Shown here piece by piece: positions 27,065-42,930 of a DNA stretch of 64,000 bases. Positions within the stretch are counted from its first letter, which is position 1, and each line of letters starts with the position of its first letter. Under the pieces are notes generated by a model. It was given only the letters and a program-made list of their open reading frames with translations, was not told the DNA's origin and made no database searches. The stretch is from assembly GCF_009914755.1 (NCBI RefSeq), contig NC_060932.1, one strand, 5' to 3'. Position numbers and translations under genes: made by a program. Source of the DNA: the human T2T-CHM13v2.0 reference genome, Homo sapiens.

Positions 27065-28544
27065 GGAATGCTTTATCCAGGTCCTGGCAATATTAGAAAA
27101 TGCCCTTCTCCTTGGCTATAGTAAAGAAAGTGTTTTACTTTCTTTGATGCTGGCCTTGAATTTTGACAGAGAAGTAAAGTAAAATGCTTTGAAATCTCTT
27201 CTTCCTTTCTCTCTATCCATGGCTATTTGTTTCAAGCTCTAATTGTGTGTGTGCCATAGATCTGACTTTCGTTTAGCTCCATTCATGTAGATGAATTGTA
27301 GATGAAATTCTTCCAGGATCTGACAATCTGTTATTAATATTCTTCTGTTCCTGTGGGGTTCTTCCCTTTCCATGTTTTTTTTCTGATGAGAGGTAAAGAG
27401 ATAGCAAATCAGATAGTGATATTTAAAAGTCATCTTAACTCATAGATTCCAAGTTTAATTTTTAAAAATGATTTAAGTGTTGGGAAGGTATTAATTGTAT
27501 TCAGTCATAAATTATATTAAATATGAAGCTAATAGTAATTATTTCCATGGGATAGCTAATTATAAAGTTGGAATTCATCTCAAGGGATTATCTCATTTAT
27601 ATTTTATTATTTATTTTTTCTTAAAATCATTTGGAATTCCTTTCTTGTATCTTTCTGTAATTTCATATTATTTCAACACATATTTTTCATATTATTTAAA
27701 TTTTTTTTCTGAATGTTTTGTAAACGTCTGTCAATTTTAATAAAAGTTGTCCATTAGAAATGTGAATTTCTGTATCTTCTTCTGGTGTTCTGTCATCTCA
27801 GGAGAGTTCAAGGCAGCTTTCCTGACATTTCAACCCCAAGAAAGATCAGTACTTTAAAAAAAAATCTAAGATATTATGCACAGTGCTCAGATTTAGGGTT
27901 TCTAGTTTAGGGAACAAAGCAATTAATGACTCTGCTACTGTATCATCTGGCCTTTTTGGAATATTCTTTTTTGAATTCACATTTCCTCTTTGAATTGCTT
28001 TTCTGTCTTAGAACTCTATGCAGATTAAAGTTTTAGGTCTCACTCCCCCATTAGTCCAGGTAGGGTGTAGGGGACAGACTAATGATCTAGGCCATCTTAA
28101 TGTGCCAAATCTACATAGAAGAATTCCTCATGGTCATGAGTTATTTGGCCAAATTCACCAGGAGATGACAATGGAGTTTGGAGTCAAAGGATACAGGAGT
28201 AACATTTATTTTATATATGCTGTCCCCATTCTACTTCCTGTATCTCCATGTGACAACAATAGGGGACCCATTATGAGTTCAGGGTGTTGGGATCTTAATT
28301 AACTAGCTTTCTATTTTATTGTAGTTCATTTTCAAGGCACAGAGACCATAAAATATGTAAGAGACTATATTTATGTAAGTATATTTAAACATAAGAAAAT
28401 ACTAATATTGATCATAATGCCAACATAAACCAAATATACAAATCATGCTTATTGTCCAATTTAGCAACTTTTTATTGTGTAAATATTCTGTGTCAAATAT
28501 ATGCTGCTACAGCTGCTATTGCAACTGCTACCATATTGATGCCG

Positions 28545-28760
28545 CCTTATCATGTGCAAGGTACAGTTTCATGGACAGCATCTCATTTAAAATTTCATTC
28601 ACCTATATGAGGACAATTTTAGTGTCTCCTTTTAAAGATAAGAAAATGGAGGCTCAGAAACATTAAGCAACATGTCTTATTTCACAACTATTAAGTGACA
28701 GAATCAGAATTTGAAATCAAGGCTTCCCAAGTCTAAAGATCTAGTGCTTAACTACAATTC
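28545..28760 (-). mobile_element. MIR SINE
   Basis: atctcatttaa..tttaaagataagaaaatggaggctcagaaacattaagcaac..gaatttgaa..gtgcttaactac. Confidence 0.75.
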
Positions 28761-29740
28761 TATACTTCTAGGTTCTGGAGAGAAAACAAAACAAAAAGAA
28801 ACAAAAAATAATATAGAAGTCCTGTCCTCAAGAATTTTATAGTAAAGACAGATATATAAATATATATAGTCAATAAAGTATTATGTGTATTTGATTAATC
28901 TGTTTAGACTCTAATAGCAACACTAAATGAGCTTTGAAGAATTGAAGTATTTGAACACTTGGACAAAGGCTCATCTAATTCACCACTACTCATTTGGTCC
29001 CTGTCTAACTGCACAGCTGTGTCTTCTGTGTATGTGGTGATAGGCATCCATGATACTTAATGATATATTAGACTATCAAAGATTTCTGGAAATAAGTTAT
29101 TTTTGTATAACAAATGCTCAGATGAGCTAAAGATAATATAATTAGAATGGAAAGGTCAAAAATATGAGTCATATTTAAAATTTAGAAGACAAATTATTTT
29201 ATTTTTATTGATTTCAGTTATCATGCAAAGGTTAATTTATCTTTTAATTTTAAGCTAGATGTTTTCCAGTAAGATGAACTCATCATTATAATACATTGAA
29301 TTTATGCAGCATTTTGTCATCTGAGGAGCTTATACAGGAAGTTACACGATTCATCAGGCAATTAGAATTTTCAGGTGTTTTCTTGATTATAGATAGACAT
29401 GTTTTGGTACTTCCCCCCAACCCCAGATTGAGAAATTGGGGCTAACAAACCAGTAGTTGCCAAAGAGATTAAATTATTCCAATAGATATTATTGTCTGTA
29501 GATAGTGGGCCTACACAATGTATTGTTTTCTTACTGATAAGAAAATAGATTTTCAAAAGAAAATACTGAGACCTTGCCCAATTTTGCCATCTATCTCTGA
29601 GAAACTGAGTATTTTCTGCATATTCATTGCACTTGTTCTCTAGAAGCTGCCACAAGTTGGACTATTTTATCATTTAGCAAAAAGAGCAGGGGCAAATGTT
29701 TTTGCCACATCAAACTGCTAGAAGTTCATGTTTCTCAAAT

Positions 29741-29890
29741 GATTATCAAAGTGTGGACCACTTGAATCAGTGTTTCCTAAAATACACATTTCCAAGCTCT
29801 CCGTGGATCTAAGAAATCAGAATTTTTTTAGGTAATTCAAGGGAATTGCATTTTTAATAAGAGTCATAATATACCTGAATTTTGATAACT
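29741..29890. mobile_element. MER5-like hAT-Charlie MITE
   Basis: tcaaagtgtggacc..gaaatcagaatt..ttgcatttttaataag. Confidence 0.45.
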
Positions 29891-30469
29891 AATAATATTA
29901 TACTTTAAGTCAGCTGTTTATGCCATTGTTCTAGTTATTAATATTTGATTGCTGCCCTTCTTTTCCCCTGAAATTAAATTCAGGTTAACTAGAAGGGCAA
30001 GAAATTTTTATAACTCATTAAGCAGTGGGATTTACATGTAGTTTGGGTGGCTTTGTGTTTGGAAACCCCAAAAACTTTGGAATGTATGTTCTGAATCTTG
30101 GGACAAGTATCTATGTTCCGTGGACCTTCTTTTTTTTTTTTTTTTTTAATATTTGGGTCTTCCCCAACCCTCTGTCGATAATCAATCAACAAGACCTTCA
30201 TTTTCCCATGGGGAAGAATAATTCAATAGGATGGAAACAGAAGCCAGGAGGATTCTATTAGGTTAGTCCATCCATTTAAAAACATGAGGAGCTGAAAATA
30301 TGTGTAACTGATTGCATATTGTCCTGTATTCCCCAGCCTTGTTGGTAATCAGTTATCCTCTGGCAAATGTGCCCTACATTTCTAGAAGCTAATTTTTCTC
30401 TGTTCCTCATTTCTAAAGTCACATTTCATTGTGTTTCTGATTGGAATTTCTTAGAATGCTTATATTTAA

Positions 30470-30720
30470 CTTTTCTTGCATGTTCACTGTGTTCCAGGCC
30501 TTATTTTACGACTTTTATAAATAGCTATTAATTTAATTCTCACAAGTCTATAAAGTTGGAGGTATACACCAATAGTATTATATTAGAGATTTTATAGATC
30601 AAGACATTGAGATATGGAGTTGTTAAATAAATTACCCCAGGCCAAAATCTAGTATTTGTTAAAATCAAAGTTTGAGCCCCAGAAGTCTGGTTCCAGCATT
30701 TTATTCTTAATCACTACTAT
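30470..30720 (-). mobile_element. MIR SINE
   Basis: tgtgttccaggc..atttaattctcacaa..attttatagat..gttaaataaattaccccagg..tttgagccc..tcttaatcactac. Confidence 0.65.
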
Positions 30721-30959
30721 ATATTGTACCTACACTAAAAATAATCATAATCTATTTGTACTTCATCTGTGTTTATAATTGGTCCTTTCCCAGGGCCACC
30801 ACTGCTACATATCATGTCCAGTGTTCCCATTAGCTCCAGTTCCTTATCTCTTCATACCTTTTTTACTCCCTGCCTGCTCTATTACAAGAGTCCTATGGTT
30901 GTGTACTATTTAGCCATTTACCAAAATTAAAACGAAAATAAATACCACCAACAACAAAA

Positions 30960-32526
30960 AGTCTATGAAGAGAATAAATTTAACAAAGGAACTGCAAAGC
31001 TTGTGTATTAACAATCACAAAATTTTGTAGACAGAAATTAAAGGTCTAAATAAATGGGGAGATATTCCATATTCAAGTATAGAAGATTTAATATTAAGAT
31101 GACAGTTCTCAAGTAGATCTATAAATTCAACACAATCACTATTGAAATTACATCAAGCTTTTTTTAAAAGATATATATCCCTCAATTTTATGTGGAAATG
31201 CAAAAACACCTAGAATAATCAAAAGACTTTGAAAAAGAAGAATGTGTAAGGACTTTCACCTCTCAATTTAAAAACTTACCAGTAACCTAGAGTTATTAAC
31301 ACAATGTGGTACTAATATAGGTCGGACAAATGGATCAATGGAATAGCACTTAGAGCACAAAAATAAGTCCTTATAATTATAGCCAAGTAATTTTTATTAA
31401 AGGTGCCAAATAAATTCCGTGGGAAAATGATAGTCTGTTCAACAAATGGTGGAGTAATTATTGGATATCTACATGGAAAATGATGAATTTATACTTTATC
31501 TCATACCATACACAAAAATTAACTCAAAAATTGATCATATACTTAAATTTGAAAGAGCTAAAGCAACGAAATTTTATAAGAAACCATAAGAGAAAATCTT
31601 TGAGATACTGGGATAAGTAAACTCTTTTTGAGTACTATAATGAAAGCAAAGCCCATAAAAGAAAAAGATAAATTAGACCTCACTGAAGTTATAATTTTTT
31701 CCCTCAAAAGACACCATTAAAAATTGAAAGAGAATTTACGAGGAAGAAACATTTACAAAACCCAATTTGATAAAGGGCTTGTATGATATGACCAGATATT
31801 TCACCAAAAAAGACTGACAATCAAATGAGAAGATGCTCAACATCATTAGGAGGAAAAGGCAAATAAAAACCACTCTTTCATGCCCAAGAGAATGTCAATA
31901 ACTAATGACAGTCAATAAAATATATTGGCAAGGATGTGGATTAACAGGAATTACCGTATATTGCTTGTGAGAACATAAAATACTGCAACCACTTTAGAGA
32001 ATATCTACTCAATGAAAATGAAAACACACATTCACACAAAGACTGCTCCTAAATGTTCATGGCAACATTATTCATAATAGTAAAAAACTGGAATTAACTT
32101 TAATGTCAATCAGTTGCTAAATGGACAGGCAAAATATGGTCTTCATGCAATGGCATATAATTCAGCAATGAAAAAGAAATAACTACTGGTTCATGCTGTG
32201 TCATAAATGAACCTCAAAAATGTTATGCTGAATGAAATAATCCAGATATGAGATCATATATTATATGAATTTGTTTATATGCAGTGTCCAAAAAGGCAAA
32301 TTTATAGTATCAGAAAGTAAATTAGTAATTTCTTGAGGCTGGAAGGAGAATGGGAATTAACTGTAAATGGGCATGAGGGATTTTATTCAGGGGATGAAAA
32401 CATTCTAAAATTAATTTATGGTGATGGTTGAACCCCTGAATAAAATTACTAAAAATCATTGATTTGTAAATTGAAATGGGTGAATGTTATGGCATGCAAA
32501 ATATATATTAATAAAGCTATTAAAAA
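30960..32526 (+). mobile_element. Old L1 (L1MB/L1ME-type), ORF2 3' part plus 3'UTR
   Basis: taaatgggaagatattccatattc..tcaacaaatggt..cataccatacacaaaaattaactc..aaatgggtgaatgttatggcatg..aataaagct. Confidence 0.85.
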
Positions 32527-34829
32527 TATGAAGGATCTCACCTTGTATTAACTTGATGTCTGGCTTGTGCTCAGGATTCCTTGACGTTTATTAGAATCTC
32601 ATGAGTCTAGTCAAGTTTCTATATAGTTGTTCTGATTTTCTAAATATTAACAAAATATCACATTAAAGAGGAGACTGGAGCTTTGGAGTTCTGATCAAAT
32701 GGTCGCAACTTATTAATGAATGTCACTGATTGAGAAAATCAGACATTCCAATTTTCTCTAGGGGCCTAGACTTAAATCTGGATTTGTCTAACTTTTTTTT
32801 TTAGTTAGCTTATTCTATCCTCTCTTTCTTTGAATAAAGGTACTTGACAATTTAAAATAAAGTTTAGAAATGTATAAAATGAGTAGCTTTACAATAGAAT
32901 CTAAACTGGTCCTTTGGGAGGAAACACAGGACCATAATATATTGTTCTCATTCACTTAACAGTTTCTAGCTAATTGAACAAGGTCACTCCTATGAAAATG
33001 AGATCTTAAACAGTTTGTCTCACCAGAAACTTTCTTAAAAATCATGCTTAAGATCCACTGTCTGAAAATATTCTAAGAATCTTCAAAAACAATGCAGCCT
33101 GCTGTTTTTTCTTTTTTGGATGGTAGGTGATAGCAGTAGAATTTTGGTAGTATATAATTTTTATTTATAGCTCTATAGTCTGTAACAGATATCAACTTGT
33201 AAATTATTTCTGAAGGTTAAATAATAATGTTCAATTGTGCAAGTTTCCTAAATCCATAAAAACTGTAATTACTTTATATTTTATACTTCCAATATAATTT
33301 TCATGAAGGGACTCTCTGGAGAACAATACATTTCACTGGCTAGAAAAGAAAAGGGATAAAAAGAAAATTATCCAATTCACATCAAACAAAAATTAAAGTG
33401 AGGCAAAAAATATTGGATAACCTACAATAGTCAAAATACATTGGACATGTAAAACAATAAAAAAGTCCTGAATGAGATGTACCTCATTTTTTCAAAAATA
33501 TTCTCTCTGTTTTTGACGCATAGTTATGTGACTTGGTGGCAGCTGCACTTAAATTACTGTTAAGCTGCCAGTAATTACTGGGTTACTAGAATTTTAGCAT
33601 GCTCTCAGGATTAGAAAGGTCCAGTAGAAGGCTCTGTTGCAGATAAGAGAACTGTTGAGACAGCAAGGCTAAGAAGAATGTGCCACAGTATAGTTTCATA
33701 GCTATTGTGAAGTGTATAAAGCACCTTTCAACCATCCCTTATTATGAAAGATCTGCTTGACTTCCTCCAAAGCCCCTAGTGCCAGAATCTAACAGCCTGG
33801 AACCCATTTAAAGCATCTGCCAGGAATTACATCAGATTCTACCCAAAGAATGTGGAAACATATGAACAGTGCATTTCGGTAGCCAAGAGACAAAATACAG
33901 GAAGGACATAAATATAAATTTAGCAGCTGTCTGAAAGGAACTATCCCTGCATATCTCCTCAGCTGCAGAGAAAGAGAGTCAAAGGGAATTTTATTGTTTC
34001 TTTATTTATAGTGCTCTTTCAAGAAACCTTGAATTTGAGCAAGGTAGCCTTAGTATGAATATAATTAAAAAGGAAATTAAACCAGCAGAAAACTAGTAGA
34101 TTACAAACAAAGTAAATGGTGATATTGGCCTTAGGCACAACTCAGGTTTATGTATGACTTCTTTTGCCTATGAAACCTTCCCATTCCTTAATTCATAAAT
34201 GAAAGAAATAGGAATACTTTTAACTTGACAGTGCTTACCATTTGCCTGTGTTGGTAAATATTTGTCAAAAAGCTTTGGAAATTAATTTTAAATGGAAATA
34301 TATATTTCATGTTTTATGCAAAGATGTTAATTATGAATAAATGTTTAGAATTGTGAACAAGTATTATTCATATATTAGTTTGATGTTGGACCATCAGTAT
34401 ATTTTTAGGGAATTCTCATTGTTTTCTGCTTTTTTTAAGCAAGTATTTATGCCCTTTTAACAGATATTTGAAGAAAATAAGTAAGGATACGAGGTTATTA
34501 CTGAAATTAAAGAGTATAACATTTATTTTGTAAAAGTTGAAATAACAAATCTAACTGATGATGTGTACTTTCATCCCGAGGATAAAAACTAACAGCAATA
34601 ACATCGCAAAACCATCACATCTTGACTACTTTAGTCAATAGATTATATTGGGCTACTATAGTCAATAGATTAAAATGAGCTAATGTGTGTGAAGTCTGGC
34701 ACACCCAGGGTACACAGGGTATGGTAATTTTCTTTCATCAAATACAGCTTTACTTTTTTTTTTTTTTTGTAGTTTGTATCAGGCTCCAGAGCCACTTACC
34801 AATGGAACTCATCTGTTCTTCTTTCCACT

Positions 34830-36786
<1,957 letters not shown>

Positions 36787-38660
36787 TTCCTGCCTGTCCA
36801 ACCTCCTTTTCCTGCCATGATGGAGAAGTGTTAAGCAATGAAAATCAAGAGATTTAGAGCTTAGCCTTGCGACAGCCATTAGACAAAGTATGGCATGAAT
36901 GTTTTATATGGACTTCTGATTATTTTTCTAATAGTTTCCTAAAGGAAACTAAAGTCAAAGGTGAAATGGAAACACTGTTTCCAAAGGAAACTGTTAGAAA
37001 AATCACTTTTCTTTTCTTTTCCTTTTTGCTTTGTACATGTTGAAGCAATTTTTTTCTTAAAAAACGAATAAGTGTTCATGTATTATGGGTTTTATGGGTT
37101 TGCCCTGTACCTCAAGCACCAACTTGAATGTACTTTTGGGGGCATTCTAGGCATCCTTCCTCACAAAACTAATCATTCCCATCTCTGTGGTTCTATTCCA
37201 TTTTGTGCATTTTGATAAGAGTATTGGAGACCATCAGACCAGTTGTTTACTGATTTTCCTCTCCAATAGATTGTCTGAGCAACTCCTTTCCAGAGACCAT
37301 GGCTTCCTACTTCTGTGTTCTCAGTCCTTTCCCCAGTGTCCATCCCATTCTACAAATATTTGTTGAGCTGTACAGAAAGAGCGACTCATTTCTGAATAAA
37401 CACACTCTGCTATCTCTGTATAAGTACTTGTTCTTGTCTTATTCCCTTCTGGAATAAGGATGCAAATTAAAAGTATATTTCTGTAATACAGAGAGTCAGA
37501 AACTAATTTGCTGACACAGGCACTTGAAGCAAGGGAATGCGTTACAGACAGGTAATTATCCTGTTAAGTTAATTACAACTCATTACTCTTTATTTTTTAT
37601 CTTAATTTTTGAGTTGAGTGTTTCCAGAATCCTGCTCCAACATCAAACAAGATAAAATGCACAGTGTTTTAATTTCACCTTTGACTTTAATATGAAGCAA
37701 TGGATTTAAAATCTTCTTATGAAAAACTAGACTGTTATTTTATATAGTTTTCTTGTTTTAACAAGTATTTTCTACTTCTATGTTTTAAGCAGGTAACAAT
37801 ATTTGCTTGATATAAATTTAACATAGGAAATCCATAGCAAACAAGTAATTCAGTTTCTTTCACTCTTTTAATCAGTTTCAGTTCCAAGTTTTTGGGAAGA
37901 ATGTTTTTGGCTAAATCTTGATCATGTTCTCACTCCTGAACCATACATCTCAGCCTGACATTTAAATTGTTAATACTCACTTTGTTATCACACATGTCAA
38001 ATTTTGATCCAGGGAAGCTTGGGGTGTGTATATGTTGGGATGAGGGTATGGATTTTCAGTTCCCAACGTGTAGAGAAGGTACAGTTATCTATCATATCCA
38101 GGACTGGTTACCTCAATATCTCTTTTCTGAAAAAAAAAATCCAGATTTTCTTTTGATTTTTTTTTGTTTTCACTACTTGAAAAAATAATTACTATTATGG
38201 GAAAATGACATACTTTCTGTGTTGCAACATCTCTGCTTCTCCTGGTATCCTCATCCTTGACTCCACCATCACTGCTGATGCTTGAGGTTTCACTGCCTCA
38301 GAGTTTCTTGTTCAGTAATCTAGACAATCCATTCCGTGGATCTTCCTAAAAATCTTAAGTAGCAAAGTGTTTCAATGAGTAATTGAAACGCTGATTATAT
38401 GAGTGTCTGCTGAGCTGTTTCCCTAAATATTTGTGTTCTCTTTGCTCAAATAAGATGATCTACACTAGACTATACAGAAATCAGATTCTTATGTACCTCC
38501 CTGAATTGCTTTTCCCCAAGGCTCTGACTTATTTTCTCTGGGAAATCGATTCCTTGTTTCACTGCTGTTAGCACTATCAGCAGTGGCTTTAGCAGGTGTG
38601 TGTCAGGTGGTTGTTCTAATATCTGCCAGCTGCAATTGTGCCCAGCTGCAGCAAGAATAC

Positions 38661-38820
38661 GTGTATATATATATACACATGTATATATATATATGTATAT
38701 ATATGTATATATATATACACACACACATATATACACACACATATATATATACACACATATATATACACATATACATATACACATATTATATATATACTTT
38801 AATATATAATATAAATATAT
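38661..38820. repeat. Compound (TA)n/(CA)n microsatellite
   Basis: Direct reading. Confidence 0.93.
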
Positions 38821-41448
38821 TCTGGTAATTAGCTTTATATCAATTTACATATAATAGAAGAATTTCTCAGAAACCCTGCACTATGTTTTATGTGACAGAT
38901 AAGTGTCTACCACTTTAAGAGAGGCACACATTTTAGCCTTTTCTGTAAGGCATTAATCTAGGTGGCAGAGCCTGATTATGTGGCAATTGGGCTTACTCTC
39001 CCCACAGAAGGCTGCCCTGACAGACTTGTTTGCAGTGTGTTCTGGATCAGTGCTCACAGGGAACAAGTTTCCTAGCTGCCCTCCTTCTCTCACCAAAATG
39101 ACATCAACTGTTTAGATAAATGTGTCAGTGGAAATTATGGTGGTTTTACAGAAACCCCAGGAAACTCTTCTTATGAATATAGAACACCATTGGTAGAAGC
39201 CTAAACCTCTATTTCTTAATAAAAATAAAATATGTTAGAGAATAAATGCTACTGCTTTGCAAGGTGTAGTGGGCATTGAAAATGGCAAATATCCATAGAA
39301 GCTTATTTCTTTAAGATATGGCATTAAACTTTCTTTCTTTTTGGTAAAAGACAGGACTAAACAAACTGGAATTCAAGGTTCTAATTTTATATGAGCACAT
39401 TGGCTTATATGAGAATATTTTGCAAATAAAGTATCTTTTGATTTGCCAACATTTATGTGATCAATTCTTGAAAGGTTTTTTATCCTTACAAACTCTTCTA
39501 CTATGGCTCTAACAAGGTTAAATATGAGCTAGAATTTTAATTATGTGAATAAAATAATTAGTATAGTAATAGGTTCACTTTGGAAAAGAAAGAGGAAGAC
39601 TTCATCTGAGCAATAATGGACGTAATATATAGAAGAAAATCCTGCTAATAACCACAGGAAAACAGGAGGTGAAACACTGACAATAAAAAGACAGTGATTA
39701 TCTGGTTTATGATGAAAGCAGTTCCTTTCTTTGATCACAGGAGAGCACTGTTCATCTATGAAACATTTTGTTTAAAGGGAATAACTGGAGCCTTTGTGAT
39801 CCAGAAGAGGCTTGATGTGGCAGACTATATAACCCTTATTATTGAATCATAGCTATAAAAGAGGGACACATTTTTCCCATAGAAAAACAGTTATATTTGT
39901 AAAAGATTTTGTAAGCTGTCAGTGTGCTAGTCTTGAAATCAATTGGCAACAATACATATATATGAATCTTTTCGGTGCAAGACTCTGAGAGTCCCTAGCA
40001 ATACGCAAGATGCATTTCCTCGTAGAAAGAGAAGTAATTACATCATGCCTTGTAATTTAAGTGTTTCATTTAAGAACTGGTCTCAATTAAGCTCAAACAG
40101 ATAACTCTTAACATAAATATTTAGTAAATATAATTACCCAAAACAACCTATGAAAGATCTCTGTGGATATGATATACGTACGTTTCTCAGTCAGGTAAGA
40201 TTAAGAGAATAGTGTTTCAAACTGTTTTTCCTTGTTTTCCAAGAGTAACAGGATTTAGCAAAAGATGTTAAGTCTTATGAGAACAATTAGCAAGATATTT
40301 GATTATTTTTTCACAAGAGCCATGGACAAGTAATATTATCTCAAGGATTATTTACATCAATTACATAAGGAAATTTTAGTATTTCTAAATCATTTAGTTT
40401 TCAGAGGCAATACAAAGCAGGGGCTTACTTCCATGTTTAAACATCTTATCCAAAATTCTAAATAGAAGTTCATTTTTTTCTTTATAACTTTCTAGAGTTA
40501 AATACATATTTATCTCTTGTGATTGGAAGCTTTGGAACTAGAGGTGGCCAGGAAAGTACCGATTCCTTATTTCATTCTCCCTTTCTAAACCTATGACCTC
40601 TTTCTTTCTTTACTCCTTTCTCACCCAGATTTCAAGTTTTTATGGCTTCAAAATTGTTTTTTATACTAAAAATAGTCATTGACATTTATTGATAATTCAG
40701 CTGATGAGATGAGAGTCCATACCTCTCCACTTCCATGAGTATTCATTCAGGGGCATGCAAGATAACAGTGTTTCCTAGAATTCTCTCAAGTACACGGTTG
40801 CAAATATAGAAACATTATTTAAATCAGTTAGAAAAGATGAAGTTTCTTGCTAATTTGCAATGATCACTGATGAAACCCTCGGTTTTCCAGTCTGCCGGAT
40901 CTGTTCTAATATGCAGTACCAGGTAATGAGCTTTAAGTAAGTTCCTTCAAGGCTAATTTTTCCTCAAATATTGTATTAGCATAATTCTACATATTTGTGA
41001 ATTTGGAATTACCTAGAGTGTTAATTTTTAAATTTTCATCCAGATGTCTCATCTTGGGTGGATATAGTCTGAGAGTAGTAGATGGAAAACATCTGTTGAA
41101 AACGTTTTATATAGCATAAATTTGGCTTCAACATTATATAAAATTATCTAGAAACAAGTAGACTAATCCTCAAATAAGGTGGAATATTTTTTGAAAAAAA
41201 AGAAACAATACTTTTTAAATTTGTACATTACTGATTATTGATTTCTAGTTGTGCCTTTACCAGATATCATCATCACATTGTAGATTTATTTTTCTTTACA
41301 AAGGTTAATGATCCGTATGCTAAATGGACTATCCAGAACTTTTGACCCACAGCAAATAAATCTCTTTACTCTAGTGTTTTCCTACTTTGGTTTTATCTTG
41401 ATTTTTCAAAAATGCAGATGTTGATAACCTCTTAAAAATAGAGTATTA

Positions 41449-41753
<305 letters not shown>

Positions 41754-41944
41754 TTAAAAATGGAGTATTCAATCAGAAATTGGGTGAGTTATAAAGTCAA
41801 ATCTGACTTAGGCATATACCATTGTTCTTGAACACCTTTGATTTAAGAAAAAGAGTGTCGTGGGGCACTTAGCGGTTAACTTTTGATTTAGGCTTCTTAG
41901 AGATTAGTTTATACTAAGATAATGATGTTCCATCTTTTAAGTAT

Positions 41945-42299
41945 TGATTTGGTTTGGCTGCGTTCCCTCCCAAATCTCATCTTGTATTGTAGCTCCCGTA
42001 ATTCCCCTGTATTGTGGGAGGGACCCGGTGGGAGATAATTGAATCATGGGGGCAGTTTCCTCCATACTGTTCTCGTAGTAGTGAATAAGTCTCACAAAGT
42101 CTGATAGTTTTATAAGGGAAAAGGCCTTTTGCTTGACTCTCATTCCTTCTTGTCTACTGCCATGTAAGACATACCTTCCACCATGACTGTGAGGCCTCCC
42201 CAGCCACGTGGAACTGTGAGTTCATTAAACATCTTTTTCTTTATAAATTACCCAGTCTCAGGTATGTCTTCATCAGCTGCATGAAAACAAACTAATACA
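41945..42299 (+). mobile_element. THE1B-like solo LTR
   Basis: tgatttggtttggctg..ccatactgttctcgtagtagtgaataagtctcac..actaataca. TSD agtat/tgtat. Confidence 0.92.
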
Positions 42300-42519
42300 T
42301 GTATTATATATGATATCTAGTGTCTGTAATTTTAGGATTTGGGTTCTTTTTCTTCTTAAATGCTCAGTGTTATATGTATTTGAAGTGTAATATTGGGTAG
42401 CAGTTTGCAACATTTACATTTCATTTGTAGTGTTTTACATCCTTAGAAATCAAAGCTTATTAAATGGATTTCAAAATAAAGACAAGGCTCCTATTTTATT
42501 AAGAAAATTTTGATGTTCA

Positions 42520-42930
42520 TAAAATCAGCAGGAAAGATTGAAACAGACTGAGGACTGGGCAGCTGTAACAAATAGATTCCATATTTCATCTCAGAAATGG
42601 TGTCAGGTAATCATCCTGATGCCATGACCACATATTAGCCAAGGAAGCCTGCACCATCAACATCACTAACTCAGCTCCCGGATAATATCACTACCTCCAG
42701 GTAATCCACTACTCACTTGTTTCATTATTCCCTCCTTTGAAATTTCGGTGAGTGCATTTTATTGGTGAGTCTAGGTCATGTGCTTGCTAACAATATGCAT
42801 GGAAGCTTTGGACATGAATTTCTGGCATTTTCAGATTCTATGTTTGCAAGAACACTCATAAGGTGAGAGTTTTTGCCAACATTAGAAGGGGAGACATCAA
42901 ATGGGCAGCCAAAAAGAATGACATGTGTCT
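42520..42930 (-). mobile_element. Possible old MLT1 LTR
   Basis: ttggtgagtctaggtcatgtgc..tctggcattttcagattctat resembles old MLT1 elements in reverse. Confidence 0.4.

Noticed and set aside
26939-27182. CICICI / YVYVYV repeat peptides (similar ORFs at 18594, 38470-38828, 59227, 61379)
   Set aside because: They are translations of microsatellites and simple repeats.
34021-34037. Exact 17-mer aagaaaccttgaatttg matching the reverse complement of 52586-52602
   Set aside because: It does not extend on either side, and one such match is plausible by chance in 64 kb of AT-rich DNA.
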